Assembly: GCA_964634095.1 (NCBI GenBank)
Contig: CAZWKY010000002.1
Span: forward strand, 313-64,312
Source: an uncultured Methanomassiliicoccales archaeon
Lineage (GTDB): Archaea > Thermoplasmatota > Thermoplasmata > Methanomassiliicoccales > Methanomethylophilaceae
DNA: 64,000 bases
Direction: 5' to 3'
Part shown: one piece after another, positions 9,797 through 18,836 of the stretch
How positions within the stretch are numbered: position 1 is the first letter of the stretch
How the letters are laid out: every line of letters starts with the position of its first letter
Position numbers and translations under genes: made by a program
The notes under the pieces: model-generated
Told to the model about the DNA's origin: nothing
Databases searched by the model: none
What the model saw: the letters and a program-made list of their open reading frames with translations, nothing else

Positions 9797-10222
9797 TCAT
9801 CTCACATTGGAACCCAGGAATTTGGAAACGGCTCCCAGGGTTGTGTATTTGCCGGTGATCTTTCTGTTTGCCTCTGCGGGCCTCTCCTTCTCACAGTCCT
9901 CGAACTGTTTGGGGGTTCCGACAAAGACGTGGAGTCTCCTGTAGGCGTCCCTTCCGCTGGTGGATGTCCAGGGGATCATTCCCCTGACGCACCTCTTGAA
10001 GAGCAGATCTGCCCTGCGGGGGTAGAAGGGTCCCTTCCTCTTGGTGGTGTCTCCGCGGTCGACCTTGGCTTTGAAGTCTGCGAAGATGTTCTCCTTGACT
10101 CCGGTGATGACGATGGCCTCTGCGTTGAGAACAACAACTTCCTCGCCGTTCATGATCTTCTCTGCGACAACGCTTGCGAGCCTGCCGTGGATGAGATTCC
10201 TTCCGTCGATAATTGTAACCAT
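9797..10222 (-). CDS. rpl13: 50S ribosomal protein L13
   Basis: Motifs IIDG..LIHGRLAS, GPFYPRR, VRGMIP. A GAGGTGA RBS precedes the ATG at 10222. Confidence 0.97.
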   Translation of the reverse strand: MVTIIDGRNLIHGRLASVVAEKIMNGEEVVVLNAEAIVITGVKENIFADFKAKVDRGDTTKRKGPFYPRRADLLFKRCVRGMIPWTSTSGRDAYRRLHVFVGTPKQFEDCEKERPAEANRKITGKYTTLGAVSKFLGSNVR

Positions 10223-10227
10223 CCAAA

Positions 10228-10584
10228 TCACCTCATGATCCTGACACCGGTTCCCTTGGGGTTGGCATCGGCCAGCTCCTCGATGGACAGTGTCTTTCCG
10301 CCTGCAGCCACGATTGCCTTTGCGGCAGCCTCGGAGAAGCTGTATGCGGCTACGGTGATCTTCTTGCTGATTTCGCCTGCTGCGAGAACTTTTCCAGGAA
10401 CGATGATTGTCTCTCCGTCCTTGGCATATCTCTCAAGTTTGCTGAGATTCGCTTCGGCCCAGTTCTTTTTGGGTTTCTCGAGCCTAAGCGCGATGTCTCG
10501 CCAGATGGCAGCGTCTGTCTCCCTTGTCTTGGCCTTGAGGTTGTCAATGGTTGCGACAAGCTGAGGGTTTGTCTTGCTGTTCAT
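10228..10584 (-). CDS. rpl18e: 50S ribosomal protein L18e
   Basis: Motifs KTNPQL, IVPGKVLAAG, AAYSFS, NPKG.GVRI. Confidence 0.97.
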   Translation of the reverse strand: MNSKTNPQLVATIDNLKAKTRETDAAIWRDIALRLEKPKKNWAEANLSKLERYAKDGETIIVPGKVLAAGEISKKITVAAYSFSEAAAKAIVAAGGKTLSIEELADANPKGTGVRIMR

Positions 10585-10783
10585 AGTTCTGACTCTCCCG
10601 ACATTGGGTGATGCTCGCTATACAGGTGTTGAATTTAAAGGTTGGCTTAAGGATGGGGACTCCGTCGCCGAAAGCCCGGCAGAGGGGTTGTTTTACGGTC
10701 GGTGGGCATCGTCCCGACCTCCCTAATACGCGCGTGCGCACCACTTTTTATAGGAGTGTGCAATCAAGCGACCCAGTGATTCC

Positions 10784-11821
10784 ATGATTAGGTTCGGTCC
10801 CGCAGGCATCCCGCTCTCTTGCAAAGGTCGCACTCTCCAGGACGGTATCGAGGACGTCCACAACCTCAGCCTCGGCGCTCTGGAGATCCAGATGGTCAGG
10901 GCCAACTCGTACACGAGGTGCCCGGACGATGAGGAGATCGGTATGACGCTCAAGGACATCCAGGAGGATTTCGTCATCGAGATCGTCAGGGACGGGGAGC
11001 CCATCAGCGACCCCGATGAGCCCATCGATGAGGACGACGACCTGATCTACATGCCCTCCGGAGTATCCAGGACCTTCGGGGAGCTCTACGGCATAGGGGA
11101 CATGGCCAAGAGGCTCGATGTCAACATGTCCATCCACACCCCCTACTACATGGACCTCGGATCCAACACCGAACTCACCGACGTCTGCCTGGACAGCATC
11201 AGGCATGCCGGGTTGATCGTCGATGCCCTGGACGGGGACATCGTCGTCACGAGCCTCGGACTCTACGACGACAAGATGGACCGCGAGGAGGTCGACAACA
11301 ACATCTTCGAGAACGTGGCCATGCTCATGGACTGGTGGCAGGGTAACGGACTGAAGCCCAGGCTCGGCGTGGAGATCACCGGCCAGCAGGATGTCTTCGG
11401 ATCCCTCGACCAGGTCCTCGACCTGTGCGATGCCATACCCGGTGTGGCCCCCGTCGTCAACTTCTCACACTATCATTCCCGTACCAACGGTTCCCTCGGG
11501 GAGACGGATGACTTCCTGAGCCTCCTGGAGCAGGTGGAGCCCTACTGCGACGGCAGGATCCACACCGCCTTCGCGGGAGTGGACTACATCGACGGCAACG
11601 AGAAGAGGCTCACCCCCATCAAGAAGGGCGACCTCAAGTTCGAATACCTGGCCGAGGCCCTCATCGAGATGAAGCCCAACGCCACCATCATCTCCACATC
11701 ACCTCTTCTGGAGCACGATGCGATGTACATGAGGGTCATCCATGAGAGGGTCCTCAGCAAGAAGGTGGCCAAGGACATCAAGGAGAGGAAGAAGGCCGAG
11801 GCAGCGGCCACCGGTGAGTGA
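10784..11821 (+). CDS. TIM-barrel protein, archaeal endonuclease IV-like family
   Basis: Motifs IRFGPAG, SIHTPYY, LGVEITG, NFSHYHSR, LEHDA. Contains an acidic insertion. Confidence 0.7.
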   Translation: MIRFGPAGIPLSCKGRTLQDGIEDVHNLSLGALEIQMVRANSYTRCPDDEEIGMTLKDIQEDFVIEIVRDGEPISDPDEPIDEDDDLIYMPSGVSRTFGELYGIGDMAKRLDVNMSIHTPYYMDLGSNTELTDVCLDSIRHAGLIVDALDGDIVVTSLGLYDDKMDREEVDNNIFENVAMLMDWWQGNGLKPRLGVEITGQQDVFGSLDQVLDLCDAIPGVAPVVNFSHYHSRTNGSLGETDDFLSLLEQVEPYCDGRIHTAFAGVDYIDGNEKRLTPIKKGDLKFEYLAEALIEMKPNATIISTSPLLEHDAMYMRVIHERVLSKKVAKDIKERKKAEAAATGE

Positions 11822-12359
11822 TTTGGACCCCCTGACCGACATCCTGGACAGATGTCGCTCCGCGGTCATGTCCGTGGAACCGTCCGCCAAGGATGCATTG
11901 ATAGATGCGATCCTCAGCAGCCGCAAGGTGTTCGTGTACGGTTCCGGCAGGTCCGGACTCGTCGGTCAGCTGTTCGCGGTCCGTCTGGTCCAACTGGGGT
12001 TGGACGTCCACTTCGTCGGTGAGATGACCACACCCATCATCGGGAAGGACGATCTCACACTGCTCATATCCAACACGGGGAAGACATCGTCGGTCGTTCA
12101 GACCGCGGTGATCGCCCGCAGGATAGGTTCCAAGATCATCTCGGTCACTGGGACGGAGAGTTGCGCCCTCTGCGATGTCACCGACGTGCCCATAATCCTG
12201 AGGACGGACCATGACGACGAGACCGCCAGGACCGCTCCGCTGGGGACGCTTTTCGAGGATTCCGCACTCCTTCTCTTCGACTGCATCGTGTGCGACATAA
12301 TGGAACGCGAAGGCATATCCGAGGAGGATATGCGCAACAGGCACGCGATATGGGTCTGA
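11814..12359 (+). CDS. hxlB: SIS-domain sugar isomerase (6-phospho-3-hexuloisomerase family)
   Basis: Motifs VYGSGRSG, ISNTGKT, APLGTLFE, RHA. GTG start overlaps the upstream stop. Confidence 0.8.
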   Translation: MSDLDPLTDILDRCRSAVMSVEPSAKDALIDAILSSRKVFVYGSGRSGLVGQLFAVRLVQLGLDVHFVGEMTTPIIGKDDLTLLISNTGKTSSVVQTAVIARRIGSKIISVTGTESCALCDVTDVPIILRTDHDDETARTAPLGTLFEDSALLLFDCIVCDIMEREGISEEDMRNRHAIWV

Positions 12360-12734
12360 TCATTCCAGGATGACCGCGTTCGCCCTGCGCACACCGTCCC
12401 CGCCCACCACGTTTATGGTGAACTGGCCCGCATAGGGGTCGACGATTATCAGGACACCTTCTCCGACCGCCTGTCTGAATGAGGAGACATCACCGTCCGA
12501 TGGTTCTATCACCTCGTCCGCCGACGTGATGGCCATGCCCACGGCACCCTCCGCGGACGGGAGGAGTCCCGTGACCTCGTAGAAACCGCCGCTGTCGTCG
12601 GATGACGTTCTGCCATCGAGGTACACCCCCACCCGGACATCATCGGACATCGATGAGTCCGCCGCATCGAGCACCATCTCTATGGCCCTGCCGTGTATCA
12701 GAACATCCGCCGAGGTCCCGTATCTCCCGTTCAT
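12360..12734 (-). CDS. Degenerate JAMM/MPN-fold protein (no HxH metal motif)
   Basis: VLIHGRAIEMVLDAA..VGVYLDG..YEV..AVGMAITS..EPSDGDV..LIIVDP follows the JAB pattern with HSH replaced by ITS. Confidence 0.5.
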   Translation of the reverse strand: MNGRYGTSADVLIHGRAIEMVLDAADSSMSDDVRVGVYLDGRTSSDDSGGFYEVTGLLPSAEGAVGMAITSADEVIEPSDGDVSSFRQAVGEGVLIIVDPYAGQFTINVVGGDGVRRANAVILE

Positions 12735-12747
12735 GGTACCCCCGATA

Positions 12748-12999
12748 TCATGACCTGTTGATAAGCCCGTCCAGGATGTTACGGGGATCGGGGATGATGT
12801 CGACCACATCGCCCTCGGATATCTCCGTCCCGACCGTGTTCCCCTCTCCGATGATCCTGTACCCGTTGGTGACCAGGAAATCCTCCGTACCCCAGCATTC
12901 CGAGACTATGTACGAGATCTCCCTGACATCATCGCGCGGATCCAGGTCGACCTTCATGCTCGACGACTTGACCAAATTCCTCAATGTGAACCTTACCAT
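12748..12999 (-). CDS. Small ubiquitin-like (beta-grasp) protein
   Basis: 83 aa; beta-beta-alpha-beta-beta pattern (MVRFTLRN, MKVDLDPRDDVREI..W, FLVTNGYRII, ISEGDVVDIIPDP); no terminal GG. Confidence 0.5.
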   Translation of the reverse strand: MVRFTLRNLVKSSSMKVDLDPRDDVREISYIVSECWGTEDFLVTNGYRIIGEGNTVGTEISEGDVVDIIPDPRNILDGLINRS

Positions 13000-13093
13000 T
13001 TTCCATCATCCCATTGCTCTGAGGATGATTAGCACGGACTGACAGATAAAGGAGAACCAGTTTTTTATTCATTATATTCTATATAGTGTAAAC

Positions 13094-13294
13094 ATGGCAG
13101 GACTGAGATTACCCGACCATTCGCACTGCATCTACTGCGGAGACCCCATACCGTTCGGAGAGGAATACTGCAACGGGGAATGCAGATCGAAGGAGGCGGC
13201 CCGTGCCGCATCCGAGAAGAGGCGGGACAACAGATTCTTCATCCTGTCCGGACTGACGGTGGTCGTCATCATCGCGCTGGGATTCATCCTCTGA
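13094..13294 (+). CDS. DUF2116-family Zn-ribbon membrane protein
   Basis: PDHSHCIYCGDPIP...YCNGEC followed by a C-terminal TM helix. Confidence 0.85.
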   Translation: MAGLRLPDHSHCIYCGDPIPFGEEYCNGECRSKEAARAASEKRRDNRFFILSGLTVVVIIALGFIL

Positions 13295-14078
13295 GTGCAG
13301 CGACCGTCCGGGCCACATTATGGACACGGACGATGTCCGATCCCGATTCCACGGAGATTCTGGCGGCCTCGGCGGATGCGTCGTCGCGGTCCATCCCCGG
13401 GAACTTCTCCGAGAGGAACCTCTTGCGGGACGAACCCATCAGGACGGGGTACCCGTCCGAGAAGAACGAACTGTTGCGGATGATCTCCAGATTCTGATCG
13501 AAGGATTTCCCGAAACCCACCCCGGGATCGAGGATTATCCTGTCCGGGGATATCCCCGCATCCAATGCGGCGGATGTACGTTCCCTGAGGAAATCCCTGA
13601 TGTCCTCCATGAAACCGTCACCCATCACCGATGTCTGCATCGTCTTCGGCATCCCGTGCATGTGCATCACCACCACGGTGACATCGGATCCCGCACAGGC
13701 CTCCAACATACCGTCGTCCCTCAGACCGTAGACGTCGTTCACGATGTCCACTCCCAGGCCGATGCACCTCTCCGCCACGGAGGCCTTCATGGTGTCCACG
13801 GACACCGGAACGTCTATGGACGGCAGGAGGTCCCTGAGAACAGGTTCCAGACGGGACAGTTCCTCCTCCGCACCCACGGAATCGGAGAACGGGCGGGTGG
13901 ATTCCGCACCGATGTCGATAATGTCCGCCCCCTGGTCCACCATGTCGAAGGCGTGACGGACCGCGGCGGAGGGGTCGGACCATGTGCCCCCGTCAGAGAA
14001 TGAATCGGGGGTCACATTGAGTATGCCCATAACGAGGGGTCCCCCCGAAAGGGTCCCCCTCCTGCATGGGACTTCCAT
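13284..14078 (-). CDS. folP: Dihydropteroate synthase (bacterial type)
   Basis: Motifs MGILNVTPDSFSDGG, IDIGAESTRP, DPGVGFGK, SRKRF, VRVHNV. Confidence 0.93.
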   Translation of the reverse strand: MEVPCRRGTLSGGPLVMGILNVTPDSFSDGGTWSDPSAAVRHAFDMVDQGADIIDIGAESTRPFSDSVGAEEELSRLEPVLRDLLPSIDVPVSVDTMKASVAERCIGLGVDIVNDVYGLRDDGMLEACAGSDVTVVVMHMHGMPKTMQTSVMGDGFMEDIRDFLRERTSAALDAGISPDRIILDPGVGFGKSFDQNLEIIRNSSFFSDGYPVLMGSSRKRFLSEKFPGMDRDDASAEAARISVESGSDIVRVHNVARTVAALRG

Positions 14079-15179
14079 TCACATCAACTCATCGATGACC
14101 TCTACGAGGTCCCTGACCTGGATCTTCCTGTCACCCTTCGCGGAATCGAGGTTGTTCACACAGAACGGACAGGTCGTGATGATGATGTCGGCGAAGGACG
14201 CCTCCTCGAGCCTGGTGGATGCGATGTCCATGGAGGTCTCGGGGTATGCGGACCTCACGCCTCCGCCGCCTCCGCAGCAGTGGCTGGTCTTGCGGTTGTA
14301 CTCCATCTCCCTGAAGTCGATACCGGGGATCTTGGAGATGACCTGTCTGGGTTCCTCGTAGATGCCGCAGTGCCTTCCCAGGTGGCAGGGGTCGTGGTAT
14401 GTGACGACCTTCCCGTCCAGAGGTTTGAGCTTCAGGTCCTGCTTGGCGAGGAACTCGGTGATGTGGAGGACCTCGAAGGGTACGTCCACGTACTTGGGGT
14501 ACTCGTGCTTGAACATCCTGTAGCATCCCGCGCATGCGAGGACCAGGGTCTCGACGCCGAGGGCCCTGATGCTCTCGACGTTCTTCCTCATGAGCTCGGT
14601 GACATCGTCCTGGGGCCATCCCACCCTCTGCATGACGGATCCGCAGCAGACCTCGTCGACGGTGGTGTAATCGGCACCGATCTTGTCCAGGATGGACATG
14701 GTGGCCTGTGCGGTCTTCTTGGACCTGTAGGTTCCGGTGCATCCGATGAAGTAACCGATCTTGGCGTTGTGGGGCTTCCTTCCGAGGACCTCCTGACGGG
14801 GGGCCTTCTCACCGAAGGGGTTGCCGGTGGCCAGGATGTTGTCGCACATGGCCTTGTGCTTGGGGAGGATGTGGCCGTTCTTCACGAGGTCGGCACGGCA
14901 CAGCTCGATGATGTCCACGATGTCGACCTTGGAGGGGCACCTCCTGACGCAGTCCGCACATGTGGTGCAGGTGTACATGTTCTCGATGACGGAGGGGTCC
15001 GCATCCAGGTCGCCGTTCAGGAGACCGTATGTGAGGATGATACGTCCCCTGGAGAGGGCGGAGTCCCATCCGACCGATTTGAAGGAGGGGCAGACACTCT
15101 TACAGAATCCGCACATCGTACATACGTTCACGGCGTTCCTTACTTTCTCAAGATTCTCTGTTCTGAAATCCGTCATCAT
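14079..15179 (-). CDS. HdrD/GlcF-like Fe-S oxidoreductase (2x[4Fe-4S] + 2 CCG domains)
   Basis: Motifs CTMCGFCKSVCP, CTTCADCVRRCP, VCCG..CAGC, HDPCHLGR..CCGGGGG..CPFC. Confidence 0.88.
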   Translation of the reverse strand: MMTDFRTENLEKVRNAVNVCTMCGFCKSVCPSFKSVGWDSALSRGRIILTYGLLNGDLDADPSVIENMYTCTTCADCVRRCPSKVDIVDIIELCRADLVKNGHILPKHKAMCDNILATGNPFGEKAPRQEVLGRKPHNAKIGYFIGCTGTYRSKKTAQATMSILDKIGADYTTVDEVCCGSVMQRVGWPQDDVTELMRKNVESIRALGVETLVLACAGCYRMFKHEYPKYVDVPFEVLHITEFLAKQDLKLKPLDGKVVTYHDPCHLGRHCGIYEEPRQVISKIPGIDFREMEYNRKTSHCCGGGGGVRSAYPETSMDIASTRLEEASFADIIITTCPFCVNNLDSAKGDRKIQVRDLVEVIDELM

Positions 15180-16417
15180 TCCACCTTCGGAATTGTCACG
15201 CTACCGTCCATGAGCACGATGACCCTCGCATCGGGCTTCTCCCTGAATGCCTCGGCCACCGCATCCGCCACTGTGGGGAACGGCGTTATGTTCGCGTTTG
15301 AGAGCAGCTCGGGGTCCAGGTCGGTGACAGCCCATATGGATGCCCATGTGGCGATCTCCGCCATCTTGGCCGCCTTGTGGTATCCGAGCTTGTACTCGGC
15401 CCTGAGGTTCTCGAGGACCTGGTTGGGGTCCTTCGAGGACGAGAGCTGTGTGAGGAAGGTCGCATGTCCGATGCCCTCCCTGCACTTGGAGACCATGATG
15501 ATCTTCCCACCCTCCTTCAGCGCCCACTTCCCGTTGTCGAGCGCCTTCTGTGACTGGTACAGGTCCACATCCATAGGGTAGGGTGCGACCGATATGACCA
15601 CATCCGCCTTCTCCGGGATCGGGACCGAGAAGACCTCGTTGGCCCACTCCACGGCCTGGTCGAATGCGGGGTTGAGGGCACCGGACGCCACCTTGTAGAT
15701 GTTCTGGTGCCTGTCCAGGACCATCTGGATGGAGAAGATTTCCTTGCCCTTCACGACAGCGAGGGCGTCCATCATGTCCTCGTGGACGGGGTTGCCCTCC
15801 AGCACGAGGGACTGGGCCTCCTTGTTCATGGCCAGCTTGTGGTTGGCCTCCACGGTCCTGAAGGATGCCACTCCGGGCAGGAAGGACTTCCTTCCGCCGG
15901 TATATCCTGCGAAGTAGTGGGGTTCCACCGATGTGATGATCACCAGACGGTCCGCGTCCACGGCGACCTTGTTGACCTCCATGGGGGTCCCGTTCTTCGA
16001 TGTGCCGAGGTTCACGCACTCGGATCTCTTGGCATCATGGCAGATGATGCGGTCCTTGAGCTCCTGGTAGTGGGATCCGAAGACGAAGTTGTACTCCTCC
16101 TCGGTCATATCCCTGTGGGTGCCGGTGGCGATGAGGTATCTGGCTGACCTGAGGTCCATCCTCTTGGACAGTGCGTCCAGAACCTTCGCCGTGGGCGTGG
16201 GGCGGGTTCCGTCGTTGACGATGAACACTATGTCCTCCCCTCCCTCCAGGAACTGCTCCATGGAGTCGTACCCTATCGGGTCGTCGATGGATGCTCCGAT
16301 GACCTCATCGGGGTCACCGCATTCCACATCCTTGGGATAGAAGGTTCCAATGTAGTTCTCATCGGGGATGTCCACTTTCTGGACCCCGTCCTTGCCGTAC
16401 TTCACATCGATGATCAT
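15176..16417 (-). CDS. larA: Nickel-pincer-dependent lactate racemase family protein
   Basis: Motifs NDGTRPTP, ATGTHR, ICHD, EPHYFAGYTGGRKS, NH, DLYQSQKA. Start trimmed to MIIDVKYG. Confidence 0.9.
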   Translation of the reverse strand: MIIDVKYGKDGVQKVDIPDENYIGTFYPKDVECGDPDEVIGASIDDPIGYDSMEQFLEGGEDIVFIVNDGTRPTPTAKVLDALSKRMDLRSARYLIATGTHRDMTEEEYNFVFGSHYQELKDRIICHDAKRSECVNLGTSKNGTPMEVNKVAVDADRLVIITSVEPHYFAGYTGGRKSFLPGVASFRTVEANHKLAMNKEAQSLVLEGNPVHEDMMDALAVVKGKEIFSIQMVLDRHQNIYKVASGALNPAFDQAVEWANEVFSVPIPEKADVVISVAPYPMDVDLYQSQKALDNGKWALKEGGKIIMVSKCREGIGHATFLTQLSSSKDPNQVLENLRAEYKLGYHKAAKMAEIATWASIWAVTDLDPELLSNANITPFPTVADAVAEAFREKPDARVIVLMDGSVTIPKVE

Positions 16418-16586
16418 GTAGACCGATTGGTCGATTGTATCCTCCCTTATAATATATGCGCGCACGAGGGCTCGGGTGCGTGAATACGAAGTCTATAAAT
16501 ACGGACCGACCCTCAACCCGATCGTGGGACGCTTAGTCCCGCGAACGGAAATGTGCCCCAGTGGTGAATCCGTAAAGGTGAGATAC

Positions 16587-17210
16587 ATGAGCGAAGAGAC
16601 TCAGGAAACACGCCCGGTCAACGGGAAGAGTATGTACAGCTACATCGCAGATGCGTGGAACACCCCCTCCAAGACCTACGTGAAGGAGCTCAACTACGAG
16701 CGCAGGATCAAATGGAGAAAGGAGGAGAACTTCGTCCGCGTCGAGAAGCCCACCCGCCTGGACAGGGCAAGGGCCCTCGGATACAAGGCAAAGCAGGGAT
16801 ACGTCATCGTCAGGGCGAGGGTCAGGAAGGGAAGCTTCCAGAAGAGGGCCATCGTCACCGGAAGGAGGGCCAAGAGGAAGGGAATCAACCAGATCACCGT
16901 CGGAAAGAGCCTCCAGAGGATGGCTGAGGAGAGGACCGCCAAGAGATACCCCAACCTTGAGGTTCTGAACTCCTACTGGGTAGGAGCCGATGGACAGCAG
17001 GAGTGGTATGAGGTCATCCTCGTCGACCCCGCACACCCCGTCATCAAGGCGGACAAGAAGATCAACTGGATCTGCGAGAACAAGCAGACCAACCGTGTCT
17101 ACCGCGGTAAGACCTCCGCCGGACAGAAGGGTCGTGGAATGAGGCACACCGGAAAGGGTGCCGAGAAGGCCAGGCCTTCCGTCAGGGCGAACCAGAGAAG
17201 GATCAAGTGA
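16587..17210 (+). CDS. rpl15e: 50S ribosomal protein L15e
   Basis: Motifs PTRLDRARALGYKAKQG, NLEVLNSYWVG, RVYRGKTSAG. Confidence 0.98.
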   Translation: MSEETQETRPVNGKSMYSYIADAWNTPSKTYVKELNYERRIKWRKEENFVRVEKPTRLDRARALGYKAKQGYVIVRARVRKGSFQKRAIVTGRRAKRKGINQITVGKSLQRMAEERTAKRYPNLEVLNSYWVGADGQQEWYEVILVDPAHPVIKADKKINWICENKQTNRVYRGKTSAGQKGRGMRHTGKGAEKARPSVRANQRRIK

Positions 17211-17339
17211 TCCCCCTCTAGGGGTTGAAACCATTTACCTGCCCCCTGTGGGCAGGGCCATCTTCTCACACATCACCGTATCATGCTCCAAGGGTCGGTT
17301 CCAAATACCAGTGAACCGGTAGGGATTGAACGAGGAACA

Positions 17340-17906
17340 ATGTCACTCAATCCCCCAACAGTGAAGGACCGCACAGCGATCATAATCGTCGACATGCTGA
17401 ACGACTTCGTGACGGGATCGCTCAGATGCGACCGCGCACAGCGCATCATCCCCCCGATGCAGAGACTGGTCGAGGAGGCCAGGAGGAAAGGGGTCTACGT
17501 CATCTACTCCAACGATGCGCACATCAAGGGAATAGACAAGGAACTTGAGCTCTGGGGCGACCATGCCATCGCGGGGACCCCCGGTGCACAGGTCATACCC
17601 GAGATCGCACCCACGGACATCGACTACATCGTACCCAAGAGGAGGTACAGCGGATTCTACGGGACCGACCTGGAGATCCTCCTGGAGGAGCTCGGGGTGA
17701 ACACCGTCATCATGACCGGACTCCACGCACACATGTGCGTCAGACACACCACCGCGGATGCGTACTACCGCGGATACAACATCATAGTGCCCACGGACGG
17801 AGTGGATTCATTCACCGAAGAGGACTACCTCAGCGGGATAAAGTATCTGAAGGAGGTCTATGGCGCAGAACTGACGACCGTGGACGAACTCGTGAAACGT
17901 TTCTGA
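17340..17906 (+). CDS. Isochorismatase-family cysteine hydrolase (nicotinamidase-like)
   Basis: Motifs IVDMLNDF, HAIAGTPGA, KRRYSGF, GLHAHMCV. Confidence 0.88.
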   Translation: MSLNPPTVKDRTAIIIVDMLNDFVTGSLRCDRAQRIIPPMQRLVEEARRKGVYVIYSNDAHIKGIDKELELWGDHAIAGTPGAQVIPEIAPTDIDYIVPKRRYSGFYGTDLEILLEELGVNTVIMTGLHAHMCVRHTTADAYYRGYNIIVPTDGVDSFTEEDYLSGIKYLKEVYGAELTTVDELVKRF

Positions 17907-17965
17907 GAAAAGGCGGGGACGGGTCCGTCCGATGGTGGGCGGACCATCCCTGCGACGACCTCCGA

Positions 17966-18802
17966 TCAGAGGCCGTTCCTTATCGTGTCGGCCAGGACCG
18001 CGACCTCATCATCCGTCATGCCCATGGTGGGGAAGTAGACGGGCAGGTCGTATGCGGACACATCGACGGTACCGACATCCTCCAGGGCCGTCCCCAGAAC
18101 ATATCCGAAGACGTTCCTTCCGCCGTCATGGCCCACGGCCCTCATTATGGGGTCGTACTGACGGAGGATCGGAAGGTACTCGTCCCCGCGGAGGAGGACC
18201 CTGCATCCGCGTTTCATCATCAGCCATGCGGACACCAGACCACGGTCGTCCCCCACATGGGCGATGACCTTGCCCTGACTGCCCACGGGGAGTCCGGCGT
18301 GGCACCTGATGTAATCCTGGAAGATGTATGCCTGGTTGTCGCGGACCTCCACATAGAACACCACATCGGGATCCGTGAGGTCCACCTCCACCCCTATGTC
18401 CTCGTTGGCGAGGAATATGGCGGAACCGACCTCGCGTCCCACATCCATGCTGCTGTAGCCCTGGGAACCCTCCCTGCGGGCCTTCACCGCGAAGGACTGC
18501 CCTGCGGATATCCTGCCCTTGGAGTACTCCGCCGCCACGGTGCACATATCCTCCATCCTGGAGGAGCATACCTCCGCCACGGAGATGGACGCCACTCCGA
18601 ACACCTTGCGGACTGACCTCACGGCGGCATCGGGATCGGTGGCCTCCACATAGTACCTGGCACCCCTCTTGGTGACGAGTGCCTCGACACCGTCCTCCAT
18701 CAGCATGGTGAGGATGTTGTCCTTCAACTGGTTCTCGAATCTCCTTCTGACGGGCGCACTCTTGAGCCCGATCTCCGCGTATCTTATCAGCAGTATGGCC
18801 AC
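17966..18802 (-). CDS. THUMP-domain ThiI-like protein with degenerate PP-loop domain
   Basis: IRYAEIGLKS, THUMP domain, GLPVGSQGKV and AWLMMKRG are present; SGGxDS is absent; only 278 aa. Confidence 0.75.
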   Translation of the reverse strand: MAILLIRYAEIGLKSAPVRRRFENQLKDNILTMLMEDGVEALVTKRGARYYVEATDPDAAVRSVRKVFGVASISVAEVCSSRMEDMCTVAAEYSKGRISAGQSFAVKARREGSQGYSSMDVGREVGSAIFLANEDIGVEVDLTDPDVVFYVEVRDNQAYIFQDYIRCHAGLPVGSQGKVIAHVGDDRGLVSAWLMMKRGCRVLLRGDEYLPILRQYDPIMRAVGHDGGRNVFGYVLGTALEDVGTVDVSAYDLPVYFPTMGMTDDEVAVLADTIRNGL

Positions 18803-18836
18803 GTCAACCCCATCCCCCTACCGGATAAAAACCTGC

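Noticed and set aside
10600-10780. Possible ncRNA (SRP or RNase P) between rpl18e and the TIM-barrel gene
   Set aside because: It contains some hairpins but no SRP helix-8 or RNase P P4 consensus, and is too short; treated as divergent promoters.
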